Shown in pieces: positions 24,467 through 37,459 of a DNA stretch of 64,000 nt. The notes beneath the pieces are model-generated. The model saw only the letters and a program-made list of their open reading frames with translations, made no database searches and was not told the origin of the DNA. Location of the stretch: positions 84,816,001 through 84,880,000 of the forward strand of contig CM075977.1 of the NCBI GenBank assembly GCA_038087875.1, written 5' to 3'. Source of the stretch: Malacoraja senta (lineage: Eukaryota). A program made the translations under genes and the position numbers. Each line of letters starts with the position of its first letter. Position 1 is the first letter of the stretch.

Positions 24467-25419
24467 CTGAAGAACAAACGCAAAATATGACCCTGTCATT
24501 AACAACGTTCAATTATTTAGTAACCTTGCTGCAAATCAGTTCATAAGAGGAGCTGAGTGGGTTCACAAGTAAATCTGGAGCACCTTGTCAGTTCCATTAT
24601 CTGATGTAGGACAATATGGTGTTGAAAGTCAACATTCAATATAACAAGAGTGCCTGAAATAATTGTCTTCATCAATTCCAAAAAAAGAAACATAAACAAT
24701 TGTTTTTTCTCCCCCACTCTTTTCCACCCCAAATTCTAGGAATTTTCTTGAATTACATTCATAACATGGGATATTCCCAATAAAATGGGACTTATGACCA
24801 AGTTAACAGCCTAAATTATTTTGGGTTTCTTATCATCTCTGCATATCACAAAATGTTTTTACCCTATTATGCCAAATTCACTTAATTCCTGATGGGTTCT
24901 AGAGAAAAGGTATGGTATTGTTCAAACTTTCAGCACTAATTCATTGTCCATTAATATATCCAATTTTAAAGCAATATCAAAAATTACCATTCAAGCTGAC
25001 ATTATTTTAACCAATTTGTTTTTAATAAAACAGATTCATTATTTCATATTGGAAGCACAATTTTCATCTTTTCTGATATAACTGCTGAAAAATAGACTAG
25101 AGATGTGCATTTAACAGGTATGAATCTACTTTAAATGGAGTCAGCCTTACTTTCTTAATTTTTTTGCTTTGTCACTCAAACGTGCACATTCACGTCAACT
25201 ATGATTTCCCAACTCCTTTTTCTGAAGCATCACTTTTTTTTATATTAGAATCTAATTCGTAAGAATAATAAAGCAGTTCTGGTGAGGTCAGCATTCAAAT
25301 TCAGCTTGCTTGGTCTGCACAGTAAATATCAGCAGTACAGACACCAGGAAGAGGATACATTTCCCAGCTCTTCATGTAAGATTAATAGTTCATACCCATT
25401 CCTAGAAAAAATAAATAAA

Positions 25420-26022
25420 CCAAGCTGGCGTACGGTATGCTTGCCATCATTGATCGGAGCATTGAGCATAGAGTCAGGAAGTTATGGTGCAGTTTTATGG
25501 GACTTGTTTAGGCCACATCTAGAGTACTGCATGCAGTTCAGGTCGCCCCATTAGAGGAAGCATGTGGAGGCTGGATTAGAGAATGTTAGGTATAATGAGA
25601 GTTTGACAGACTTGGATTGTTTTCTCGGGAATGCCAGAGGTTGAGGGGAGACCAGTATGTAAAATTGTGAGAGGCATAGAGAGCATAGACAGGCAGGACC
25701 TTCTATGCAGGATTGAAATATCAAATACTACAAGGCATAGCTTTAAGGCGAGAGGGGCAAAGTTTAAAGGACAGGGGCAAGATCTTTTTCCTCACCCACA
25801 CACAGACGGTGGTGGGTACCTGGAACATGGCACTGGCGTTGGTGGTGGAGGCAAATATGATAGTGGCACTTAAGAGGCTTTTTGGATAGGCACATGGGTG
25901 TGCAGGGAATGGAGAGATATGGGTTATGTGAGAACAGATATGATTAGTTTATCAAGATATCCAGTTGGGCACAGATATTGAGGGTTGAAGGGCCTGATCC
26001 TGTGCTGTATTGTTCCATGTTG
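25420..26022 (+). mobile_element. Old CR1 LINE 3' fragment
   Basis: Degenerate RPHLEYCMQFRSPH and CR1-type 3' end (GAAGGGCCTG..CTGTGCTGTA). Confidence 0.8.
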
Positions 26023-26161
26023 TAGCAGGCAGCAAGTCTACAACTCTCGTCTCAATGGATATCGAAATGAACTTATTTATGAATCTAATGGGAAAATCAT
26101 TATTTCAAATAAACAATAAGTAGAACATGATTAAAGCATCCTAGTATTTTCTAATGCCTAC

Positions 26162-26251
26162 CTGACCACTCATTTGTGGTGGCACGCTGGCCCTTAGAGG
26201 TAGATTCATGTTGGAGACAGTGGTGAGTGGGTTCATCAGTGGCTGTCGATT
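26162..26251 (-). CDS. NCOA2: NCOA2 exon 18 equivalent (absent from ORF track)
   Basis: Acceptor tttgttttgctag|AAT, donor CAG|gtaggc. NRQPLMNPLTTVSNMNLPLRASVPPQMSGQ; 90 nt. Confidence 0.94.
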
Positions 26252-26514
26252 CTAGCAAAACAAATACAAATTGTGAAATTGGTTATTTGTATGAAAATGT
26301 TTAAGGTTTAAAAATAAGAAATGGAGAAGCAAGGGCCTTGTAGATGCAGCTGAATTAGCACATTGCCACAGTACTTGACAATGCACCATCCTTTAATACA
26401 GGAGGTTGAAAACAAGACTGGGTTGAGTGGGGCTATGGCCACTACCAACCTTTCCCTACTGCCGCAGTAGATTACTATTAGCTTTCAATCATGAACAACG
26501 GGAACGTGCTTGAG

Positions 26515-26700
26515 ATACTGAGGGGCACAGGTCTGTCTATGTAACATGGGTACAGTTCTGAGGGGCACGTGTCTGTCACTGTAACACTGGGTCACAGTAC
26601 TGCTGGGCACAGGTCTGTCACTGTAATACTGGGGCACAGGTCTGTCACTGTAACACTGGGATATAGTACTGGTGGACACAGGTCTGTCACTAACACAGAA
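26515..26700. repeat. Degenerate minisatellite (core GGGCACAGGTCTGTCACTGTAACACTG, ~28/42-bp units)
   Basis: About five imperfect copies in the short intron between the exon 17 and 18 equivalents. Confidence 0.8.
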
Positions 26701-26808
26701 AGGTGGTCACTGCGTAACAGCACTGGTGGGAACATCCACTCATTTTGGTTTCTCTAAAATAAAGGACTAGGTATTTTTACTGCTTAGCTCAGATGGCAGG
26801 TACATTAC

Positions 26809-27105
26809 CATTTGCTGTCCTTGAAGCCTTTGTTGGAGCTGAAGCCGAAGCTGATTGGGCTGGTTAGGCACCATCCCGGTGGACCTCAGTGCAGGTCTTG
26901 GCTGCATCCGTAACATCGGGTATCCTGGTCGTTGCCCCATTTGATTCGCCAGAGGATGAAAATTAGGGTCCTGCATGGTGGAGTAGTTTCCTTGTACTAC
27001 TGTGGTCTGCGGACCATATGCCTGATTGTAGACCTGAGGCTTTTCAACCATCATTGTGGACTTCTGGCTAGGAAATGACTCTGGCTGGTGATCCACACTT
27101 TGGCT
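26809..27105 (-). CDS. NCOA2: NCOA2 exon 17 equivalent
   Basis: Acceptor ttgtatttcag|AGC, donor ATG|gtaatg. SQSVD...MQDPNFH...LRMQPRP...[19 protein letters not shown]; 297 nt, phase 0-0. Confidence 0.94.
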
Positions 27106-27367
27106 CTGAAATACAAGATTAAACTTAAAATAAAATTGTGGGTAATGGTCTTTTCTCACCCTTTCCCTTAAATCCTATTTACACTTTCCAGTCTACACAC
27201 ATGGATATTATCACTCTTATAGTTCTGCTTTTAAATTTTGCCCGAGCCGCTCATAATCTCCCAGTTGAACGTCTTTCCATGATCTACCATTGACTACATG
27301 GAGTGCAGCATCTGAATCCTCCCCCTCTTGCTCCAAGATCTTGTCTAACCCAGAAGATACATCCTTA

Positions 27368-27824
27368 AGGGCCTGTCCCACGAGCATGCGACCTGCATGC
27401 TGCAAGCGCGACCAAATCGGAAGCGGCGGCCGCGCGGAGGTCGAGTGATCCCCATACAGGGCCGGTCCCACCAGCATGCGGCGAGGGCGACCAAACCAGA
27501 AGCGGGGGCCGCGCGGAGGTCGAGTGAGTGACGTGAAGTTCGAGCGAAGTCCGCGGGAAGTTCGCGTGTGACGTACGGCGTCAAGACGCTGCGCACGCCC
27601 GTCGAGGCGGTGCGCACGGCGTTGAGGCGGCTGCGGGCCGGCAGGCCGTTGCCGCGCGGAATTTTTGAACACGGTCATTTTTTCGGAGCCCCGCGTGATG
27701 TCGGGACCAGCTCCATACGGCTCCGGTGATCGAAGTGGGACCAGCTCCGCGAGGCCGTACGGCTCAAGCGACCACATTAGGTTGCGCTTGCCGCATGGAG
27801 TCGCATGCTCGTGGAACAGGCTCT
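27368..27824. mobile_element. Non-autonomous PIF/Harbinger-like DNA transposon (MITE)
   Basis: ~30 bp imperfect TIRs AGGGCCTGTCCCACGAGCATGCGAC / GTCGCATGCTCGTGGAACAGGCTCT; 3-bp TTA TSD; very GC/CpG-rich. Confidence 0.85.
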
Positions 27825-27874
27825 TTACCCCTTCACACTGGGCAGGCAACACAGCCGTCAAGATTCACTGTATT

Positions 27875-28145
27875 TGAGGCAGAGAGGTGCAGCTGGTAGG
27901 ACTGCTGTGTCACAGTGCCAGATATCTGGGTTCGATCCTGACTTTGGCTGCTGACCTTGATCCTGACCACTGTGACTGTGTGGGTCTCCTTCAGGTGCAC
28001 CAGTTTCCTCCCACATCCCAAAGACGTGTGAGTTTGTAGGTTAATGGCCTCTAAAATAGATAAGCGAGATAACACAGAACTAGTGTGAACTGGTCCACAC
28101 TAGTGGGCCAAAGGGCCCGTTTCAATGCTGTATCACTAAACTAAA
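27875..28145 (+). mobile_element. tRNA-derived SINE
   Basis: B-box-like GGGTTCGATCC, core TTTCCTCCCACATCCCAAAGACG, CTAAA tail. Confidence 0.75.
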
Positions 28146-28592
28146 TCAGAGAAGTGTCTGTTCCTCTACTATGCTATCCCATGTGACTACTACACTACTT
28201 TTTCTTCCCTCCATTCGAATGGCTCCTCTGCCTTGGTGCTTTGGACAGTTTGCACACTCGCCCTTTAGTCCACACCCTTTAACATACAGGGAGCAAGAAC
28301 CTTGCATTGTGTTCCAAGGGCTGAAGCTACTCCAGATTCAGCCTCTAGATCATTACTCTGGACTGAAACATTTATTTTGGCACAAAGGTAGTTAATGGAA
28401 TTTAGGGTGAGAAAGAGGATTTGATTTAATGGCAGATCAGGCTTGACAGTCCTCATGAATGACTCCTGATGTTTATAGTGGAAGACTTGTGTGGCATTAG
28501 TGTACAGCCTACTGTGATAAGTATTTTTGTGAACCAAATTTTACAGTGCCACCTTCTTGCTCTCAATCTTTTGTGCAAGACTGAATGCTTAC

Positions 28593-28767
28593 CTGGATAA
28601 CGAGTTCAGGTATTCCGAGTGCCCGGTCAATTTCTTCCAGTCCTAGTTCATCAATATTCTTTAGTGCTGAACGTAACTGGTCTAGAATTGTGCCTTCATC
28701 ATTTGGAGCTTCCGTTGGTATAGATGTACAAAGCAGGTCATCTTGAGAACTGTTGTACGACTGCCTC
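28593..28767 (-). CDS. NCOA2: NCOA2 exon 16 equivalent, CBP/p300-interaction domain (AD1)
   Basis: Acceptor ttttaaatattag|GAG, donor CCAG|gtaagc. [34 protein letters not shown], the p160 CBP-binding motif. Confidence 0.96.
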
Positions 28768-29634
28768 CTAATATTTAAAAAATAGTAGTAATATAGCCAT
28801 CTCAACAAGTTTTTACATTGCTGCATGTGATAACAACAAAATAAAATACGTCTGGGCAAAATTATGTCCTCAAACAGAGTAAGAAATAAGGTTTGTGAAA
28901 GAGCTTAATGAAAAAGAGATTAACCATATATGGATATTTTCACATCACTGACAAAGAAACATACTTTCAAATCAATTTTCTTTATTATTCAAGTATAAAT
29001 TAAGAGAAAATATCTTTTTTTTAGCCTTTATCTATTGTTTGGGCATACTTCTTCAACCACGTTCAGCTCACATTTCCTACTTCTTGTATACATGACCTTG
29101 AACAATGAATTCTAAGTTCTACTTTTACATGGCTTATTCAAGTTCAGGCCTCAAAATCCAGTGTCCACTGTTTAGGTTGTTGGCTCTCCACTGGAGTTCC
29201 TTCTTGTGCCTGACCCAGCAAGCTAGGAGAAGGAGATTGGTAGGGGGGGGGGGGATTAAGTCATGGGAAATTGGTGTCCAACATTTTGAAAAGGGTGGTT
29301 TTGAGGGTCGGTGGTAGAATGGGGAACAAGCATTTGTGATCTGGCAAAAGGCTCACGATTCACTATTTGCGTTGTTGTTTCAGGTGGTGATGGGAGTTAC
29401 TGAGGATCAGCATCAACATTTGTGAGGATGTGAAGTGGGTAAGAAGTAGAGTGGGGAAGAAAAAGTTTTTTAAAAAAATTGAAGACTTGCAGAATCATTG
29501 TCAGGTTTGGAGGCCAAATAGCAAATCAACCCTTAGGGCTTGCATAAGGGGAGGAATGATGAGCGGAGGGAGCAATCGATCAGTGCATATGAAGGCAAGT
29601 AAGTGACATACCAGGCCGATGTCCCAGTCTGGTT

Positions 29635-30275
29635 GTCATAGAGTCATAGAGAGTGGAAATAGGCCCTTCGGCCCAATTGGCTCACACCAACCAACATGCC
29701 TCATCCACACGAGTCCTATTTGCCTGTGTTTGGCCCATATCCCTCTCAACCTGTCCTATCCACGTACCTGTCTAATTGTTGCTTAAACATTGCGATAGCA
29801 CCTGCCTCAAATACCTCTTCCGGCAGCTCGTTCCAAACACTCACCACTCTTTGTGTGAAAATGTCACCCCTTGGATTCCTATAAAATCTTTCCCCCTTAA
29901 ACCTATACCCTCTGGTTCTCAATTCCCCTACTCTGGACAAGAGACTTTGTACACCTACCCGCTCTATTCCTCATGATATTATACACCTCTATAAGATTAT
30001 CCCTCATCCTCCTGCACTCCAGGGAATAGTTCCAGCTTACTCAACCTCTCCCTATATTTCACACCCTTGAGTCCTGGCAACATCCTTGCAAATCTTCTCT
30101 GCACCCTTTCCTACTAAAGCACATCTTTCTTATAACATGGTGCCCAGAACTGGACACAGTACTCCAAATGCAGTCTCATCAATGTCTTGTATAACTGCAA
30201 CATGACCTGCCAACTTCTGTACTCAATACTCTAACTGATGAAAGCCAATGTGCCAAAAGCCTTTTTGACCACCCC
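29635..30275 (-). mobile_element. CR1 LINE 3' fragment
   Basis: RTRGYRFKGERF...FTQRVVSVWNELPEEV; CTATGA tail. Confidence 0.88.
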
Positions 30276-30589
30276 ATCTGTTATCAGTTGTGTTATCAGT
30301 TCTATGTTCATTTGAAAATGGGCCATTTCTAGACCACTCTTCTGTTTAATTATCACTTCTAGCTTTGCTCATCTTCATCACACTGTCATTTCTGTGCCAT
30401 CGTTTTCTACATTAACAACCATAACACATTTTTTAATATATATACTTGGTGAATGAATAGACTAATTTCTAAGCCCCAAGCTCCAAAGGGAGTTATCCCG
30501 TTCCATTCTCCTCCTTATTTCACTGTACTTCTGCAAAGTATTCATTCACACATTCGCATCAACTCCGCTCTGACTCTTTTTTTGCCATT

Positions 30590-30772
30590 AACCTGTACAA
30601 AACGATAATTTAAGGGGTAAATTAACCCAAACTTTGGCAGCTGCGAGAAAACCGGAGCACTAGAGATGTAAGAACCAGCTAACTCCCCACAAGCAGCATC
30701 CAAGGTCAGGATTGAACCCGGGTCCCTGAAGCTGTGAGACAGCAGCACTAACTGTTGTCACTGTGTTGCCCT
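30590..30772 (-). mobile_element. tRNA-derived SINE, degenerate
   Basis: Reverse-strand head ...GGGACCCGGGTTCAATCCTGACC. Confidence 0.6.
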
Positions 30773-31034
30773 GAGATTTAAACTTACAATTTTTTTTGGT
30801 CCCCATAATCTATGCACCCAAAGCTTATTTCACCTTTGATGTGGAGAACTCTAGTCTTAAGCTTTTCCTCTCCACAATTTCAAGTCTTAAGCTTACAGTA
30901 TAGATCTCATTTGAACTATTTACTACTCAAATGCTTTTCTTCCTAAGATAATGCTGGAATAAAAATTACAATTATTACCTCATTGCAATTCAAAAAATAA
31001 AATAAAGTTAGTTTTAAATAATATTGCAACTTAC

Positions 31035-31164
31035 CGATTTTGATTAGCAAAAGGCCCCTGATCAATCGGCATTATACTGTCAGGCCAAGGTGCAGTTTGG
31101 TTTGGAGGCGCTTGTTGCTGAGCATATGAAGGCCCTCCCAAACCCACCTCAATTTCTGGCGACC
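31035..31164 (-). CDS. NCOA2: NCOA2 exon 15 equivalent
   Basis: Acceptor gtgaattag|GGTCG, donor AATCG|gtaagt. [44 protein letters not shown]; 130 nt. Confidence 0.95.
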
Positions 31165-31441
31165 CTAATTCACATGACAAGTAGCACAAAAAATGGATTT
31201 TTAAAATGGCATTCGGTAACATTGCTCGCTTTCAGAAAACAAAACTAATTTTAAAAGCTCATTATAGATATATCTGTAACAAAGTGAATCAATATGTTTC
31301 GGTTTATTATTGTCACGTGGACTTTGTTTCGCATACTTTCACACAGTTCAGATATACTATACATACAATCAAGTCAAACTCAAGTACAGTAGATAGAGCA
31401 AGAGAGAAGTAAACACAAGAACTTGAAATGCTGCTACATAC

Positions 31442-31654
31442 CCATTATTTGTGTTTGGGGCATTGATCTCTGACCAGGCTGACTGTTTGGCCTCATGGGA
31501 ATACCAGATGAAGGACTGCCGATCATGCTGCCTTGCAGAGTTGCCCTGCTCATTGTAATGGATCCTGTGGTGTTTGCAGCAGAGCTTGACTGACCCCAGT
31601 CTACAGAAGCCATACTGGATCGTGGGGCTCCACTTCCCATACTACTGACCATTC
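31442..31654 (-). CDS. NCOA2: NCOA2 exon 14 equivalent
   Basis: Acceptor ttgtttccgcctag|GAATG, donor ATGG|gtatgt. GMVSSMG...IPMRPNSQPGQR...; 213 nt, phase 1-1. Confidence 0.92.
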
Positions 31655-32751
31655 CTAGGCGGAAACAAGGAGGGCTGGAGAGTAATCCTGTTTCTGAAAT
31701 TCATTTTTCTTCCACAATTAGTACACACGGTTAGATCCATACCCAAAATTTATGACACTACTTCTACAATTTCTTTTCGTCCATTTATTTTCAAATCTGT
31801 AATTACTGCCATACTACCATTTCTTCAAGGTAAACACATTCTCGTCGTATTTAGCGTCGTAAAACATCTTGACAAATTCCAGCAGTTTAGTCAAAATAAT
31901 ACTTGAATATCACTAAACATGCATTATATCTCTTCTGCGGACTAATAATACTGTAAAATCGTGCTGGCAGGAAGTGTTGCTTTATGTACCAGTGACAGGT
32001 GCCGAGGAGTGTGGATAACCCTAGCTTCCTTCCTGAGGAAGTGAATCACTTTTGCTGCTGAATACGTCAATGTTTTACTTTCCAATGAGCTCAAGATAAG
32101 TTACCAATGCCTAATAGCCAGTTTTATTACATGCAAAACAATTTGTTGTAACTGAGAAATGTTAGGTATTTTTAATACGCTGGAGTACAAGGCCACAAAC
32201 TATTTAATAGAGGACTCAGTAAACACCGTTGGGTCAAAATGTTTAATATTTCACAGCACAGGGAAATTACACAAATGTTTTTCCGATGTTTGTCTCAAAC
32301 TGCAATACATAATGGGTATACCCTATCTGGGGAAATCCTCCTCTTTCCATTATGATCAAAGAATCACGTAAATTGTGCTTCTGCTATGTAAAGCAGACCA
32401 CATCCAGCAATTTATCATAAATAAGCTTTTATAAATGATCACTTTTAAAGTAGTCACTAATTAAAGTATTATTGTTGACTTATGTCAACTTAAAGCTGTA
32501 TAAATTATGTGGATAATGGCAGCGTCCAGTCTTAATCCGTTGAATGATTGTACACTACAGTATATCCTGCCGTTGTAATATTTACTTAAAATTTATCAGA
32601 TGAATTACTAAAAATAATCAGGCTTACAGGACAAGCAGCATTTCAGCTTTCAGAGTTTTTGGCATAACACATGCCTCAAATGGCACTTCATATATTTGGG
32701 GTAGGTTTGGTAACCATTTCAGAAGCCGATTTTGGTTAATGAGAGTTAAAT

Positions 32752-33055
32752 AGAAGCAGAATTAGGCCATTCGGCCCATCGAGTCTACTCCACCATTCAA
32801 TCATGACTGATCTACCTTTCCCTCTCCATTCTCCTGCCTTCTACTCATAACCTTTGATACTCTTACCAATCAAGAACCTGACAATCTCCGCTTTAAAAAT
32901 ACCCAATGACTTGGCCTCCACAGCCACCTGTGGGAATGAATTCCGCAGATACACTACCCCCTGACTAAAGAAATTCCTCCCCGTCTCCTTTCTAAAAGTA
33001 CGTCCTTTTATTCAGAGGCTGTGTCCTAGACTCGCCCACTAGTGAAAACATCCTG
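32752..33055 (-). mobile_element. CR1 LINE 3' fragment
   Basis: CR1 3' UTR motif (GAATGGTGGAGTAGACTCGATGGGCCGAATGGCCTA) on the reverse strand. Confidence 0.8.
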
Positions 33056-35214
33056 GTGAAGAGTGGGGAATACTGAGGAAGAGACAAATACTGCATCTTA
33101 ATCATTATTTTCCTTTTGAGGTCATTTCAATTAGTGGTCAACTTCACAGCAGTCACATAATGTTTAAGTAAGGCAGCCGATGTAATCTACTGAATTTACA
33201 TAATAGAATGAAGAGAATACCACCTACTGCTGTTGAAATGTACAAAATACAATACAATTCCCCTGTTCTCCACTCAAGCATATAATGTGATTACTGACAT
33301 GTTTTCAGAAAGACATTGTTTTGGTTGAACATGTGATGACATTCTGGTTATACATCTGAAAAGCTCTCAGAATTTTTTAATAAAAGAAAGAAAATTAAAT
33401 CTTCAGAATTGTATTGCAAAGTATGGAATGGAGAGTTCCATTTATACTTCCAAGCCTAGCCAAATAGACAATATGTAACACATAAATTATGTTCTTATTA
33501 TTTCCTGTACTTTTGGATTGGGAGTTCTTGTTTTTGACCTGGTGATGAAAGAATGGTGATTTCCCCCCCCAACTTAGGGTAACACACTGCTTGGAAGGAA
33601 AGAGAAATCACAGAGATGGTGACCCCAATTCCTGCATGTTTGGTGATTGTGCCAAAAATCTATTTGGTGAAGTGTTGCACCTCATCTTCCAGATGTTGTT
33701 GTACACAGCACTTGGGGGTGGGGGGGAAGCACCTACTGAAATCTGGGCTCAAACAAGAGACTCATAGTTTCATTCCTCAGGATGTATTGAGCTAATTGAA
33801 GGGAATCATGACAGGCTACTGAAGGGAATCAATCCATTGGGTTCAGCGGAGATAAAAGTCAGCCAAAGATTATATAATTAGCTTGTGTTCAACATGACAT
33901 GGTGACACAGTTCCAGTACAATAGGCAAAGGCATGATATGTCTTGACTGTAAAGCTGCATGTTGTTCATGAGGCCAAAGACAATGTTAATTTGGCTAAAC
34001 CAGCAATTTGGCTAAACCAGTACAAGGCATTGTTTTATACGTACAATGCCTTTGTACAAGTATAAAACATTACAATTTCTTCACAGTGATTAGACACCTC
34101 GTTTAGATTTTCTGACATCAGGATCTATAAATAAGGCAGCAGTAACATGCATCAAATGTATACCCGAGACATTACATTCAAAGGAAGTCGCCAAATGACA
34201 GTGCAGAATTATTTAAACAGGGTTTTTGCAGCTGATGTCTATTAAAACTTCATTCATCGGAGTAAAGACCCACCAGCAGAAAATGACAACTACAGTAACA
34301 TCTTTACATCCTCTGCCTCCAGATCCAATTGATATTATTAGAAGTTAGCAGTTGTACAGCATAAAACAAATTGTACATCTCACACTGTAAACTCCACAAT
34401 GGATATATTTCCTTTACATCCCCAGATGAAAAGCAACAACTTGCATTTTTAGATCGCTTTAAACCTATTAAAAAATGTCCTAGGATTCCTCAAGTTAGCA
34501 AACAAGATTTGATTGAGCCACCTAGGAAAATGCTAAAATGACAATGGGCCTGATGAAATTTGAAAGTGTAAAGAAGTGTCTTAGAGGTGGAGGAGGGAGT
34601 GAGACAGAAACTTTAGGGAGGCAACAGCAGAGTGTAGACTGGGTCAGCACTGAGAGGAGTAAGGACAGAGAGAAGCCCGGCAAGATTAGCTCCCACTGGC
34701 CTGGCTGGATGGGGGCGCAAATGAGAGAAGATGAAGCTACTGGGGTTGATACTTCTGAGGAGAGATTGGCACAGAGGGTGATTACAGGATTATCCATGGG
34801 TGGGGCAAGCATGCGGTGCTTGCAGGAGAATAAGTTCATCAAGGGGAGATGATCTGGTTGAGGTAATGATTTGGGAGGCAGACTTCACAACAGGTAAAAA
34901 TTGAAAGGAAGAGAGAAGAACAGAAAAGAAAAGAGGTATTTCAATTCTGATACAGGTCAATAGTCAAGAGAGTTTTATTGTCAAATGCCCCTTGGATAAT
35001 CACTCTTGAGATTCAGATACAACAAATGATTATTTGAGTTAAGCAACGTTCAGCAGGTTAGTTCTTTAAGTGGAGAAAAAGGAAAATATAAATCAAAGGC
35101 AACTTAGATCTTTCATGTTTTTATGTAAAAAGGATAAGATTTTTATTTCACTTAGTTGTATTGCTAACTAGAAGTAGAAAGAGTAAAAAAGAAACAGTTC
35201 CGACATAAACATAC

Positions 35215-35397
35215 CTGCACTGGCTCCCAAACCTCCTTGGTTACCCATCACTTGCTGTGACACTACAGCAAATGGACTAATGTTTCGTATTGGTGGGAAT
35301 GGTCCTGCACTTGTCTGTCCCTGCATATGGATGTCCAGTCCTGCATTTCGACCTTGTTGCTGTCTGCCTGGTTGCACAGCTCGAGGGTTATTGAAAG
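35215..35397 (-). CDS. NCOA2: NCOA2 exon 13 equivalent
   Basis: Acceptor ttttcttttaactcgtactgcag|CT, donor GCAG|gtatgt. AFNNPRAVQPGR...AGPFPPIRNISPF...; 183 nt, phase 1-1. Confidence 0.93.
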
Positions 35398-36979
35398 CTG
35401 CAGTACGAGTTAAAAGAAAAACATGTGCATTGGTGAAGAACTATTAAACATTTACCTGTCAACAGCTTTAAGCAATTTTGGCTCATGGTATGACAAATAC
35501 ATATGGTCCTTTATTTGCTGACAATAATGGCGAGTACATAGTTGGACATTATTGTTACATCAATTTCAGATGAGGGAAGATTCACAGTAAATAGGAAGAC
35601 TAGGAAACTATTCTCTGAAATGCATCTACTATGGCATTGGCTCCCAGTTCACCACTGGAGTGCACTGACTAGCACAGGGTTGCGGTATTTTGTAGTAGGT
35701 TCAAAGTTAACCAAAAATGTGTTCATTCATAAATGTTTGAAAAACGTTTGCAAATTTTTCTATTAACTCATAAACATAGGTATCCATTGTTGGCAAGCGA
35801 TGTTACAGAGTGCAGTGCAATTATCTGTGAAAGTGGCTGGCATCTTTATTTGTGCACCACCGTTTACTTGGCATCAATGTTAAAATGGCTACATTTCCCA
35901 CATCAAAACAATAAGCACATCTTGAAAGTAAATCTTTGCAAAAGGACTTGGGATGTGGAAAGGCCCTGTGTAAGTGCAATTCTTGCTTGGAGTGTCATGC
36001 GGCCTGCCGAAGCTCTCGCTGATATCTTCAGAGCTACTGTCTTTGGGCGGCAATCCTTACTGCTTGGCTGCTGGTTTCTTCTGCTTCCACAGCCTTGATG
36101 GGAGCTGCAGCTTCTGGGGTGATACTTTTCAGTTGGCTAGGAAGTACTCAATTTCACCTAAGTTACAGTGAAAACATAAAACGGAAAAATGGTACAGACT
36201 TTCTATTAATTTGGAAAGATGCTGAGAGGGAGGCCAAAGGACCTGGGGTGCTGACGTTCTGCCAAAATGTAGGATCGACAGGTTTGATCCTCTGACTTTG
36301 TGATAGATAGGATACAGAACTCGAAGTGTGTCTGTGTGTATTCTCAAATGCAAACAGAGTCAACACGTCAAGAATGTCATGGAGGAGCAAAGAGGCACTT
36401 TATTTAATGTGAAGGCAGCTGCTGCTTTACACATGCCAGCCAATTTTCAAACCAAATTAAAAGTGAATGTTAACCGGGTCCTGCTGCCTGCAAGGTCTGA
36501 GTTATTGTCTGAGACAACTGCCAAAGGAGGTGATGACTGTAGCTGAGGTCAGGACATTAACACAGCTTAAGATGGTGGGTCTTGGATGCAGCTCTTGATT
36601 TATTCTTGCAATTACATCCTTGGGCCATAATTGTTGGTCTCTGCAGCTTCAAACTATTTCCTGTCCCAAGTGTGACTGAAATCAATGGAAAACTTTCTCC
36701 TCGTCTTCACTGATCAAAATTTGCAAGGCTCTTTCACGGTACAACCTTTCAAAAGTTGCCTCAATGTCAAGCCTGCCATCACCATGATTCAGCTTGTGCC
36801 CACATTTGGACCAAGCCTGTAATGAGGTTAGAATAGAGGCCTGATATAATCCAAACTGAGTTAGTTACTGCTGCAGAAAGTCTGCTCGAGAACAACGTTT
36901 CTGAAGCAAAGCATTCTGTCCATATTTAAGATCAATCTCTGAAGTCTACTTGCTTATCATGGACAAAACACTCTCAATT

Positions 36980-37074
36980 CTGAAGAAGGGTCTCGACCCG
37001 AAACGTCACCCATTCCTTCTCTCCAGAGATGCTGCTTGTCGCACCGAGTTACTCCAGCATTTTGTGTCTACGCA
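36980..37074 (+). mobile_element. Penelope-derived short repeat with intact minimal hammerhead core
   Basis: CTGAAGA-A-GGGT(CTCG)ACCC-GAAA-C-GTC at 36980-37007; flanked by a CTCAATT direct repeat. Confidence 0.8.
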
Positions 37075-37459
37075 CTCAATTTCCTGTGTTATCAAGAACA
37101 ATCTTGCACAATCTTGATCCCAATAGTTGTGATTGGTTCTGAAGCATAATCTGCAGGCTTTATGTTGTCGGGGTGTATGGTCTTTACTGAGTCCTGTGGA
37201 CTTGGTTGCTGTTTCTTCATTCAGATTAGTTTGTCATATACACCAGAGTGCAATAAAATTCATAGAAGCTCAGAGTAAGCAATATTCATAATAATGATAG
37301 CTGTAACAGTAAATAGTGACAGATTCAAAGCAGCCGAATGGTGCAAAGATTGTAGTGCAATCTGAAGTCATGCAAAAATAAAAGTGCAATAACGAATAAT
37401 CAAATGAGGTAAGAGTTAAGAGTGAGAGTATGTGACATAACCTCTGGAAAAGGTGTGTG

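Noticed and set aside
26515-26700. Repeat-spacer appearance resembling a CRISPR array
   Set aside because: Vertebrate intron, degenerate units, spacers related to one another, no cas genes.
27217-27861. 214-aa GC-rich ORF
   Set aside because: By-product of the GC-rich MITE.
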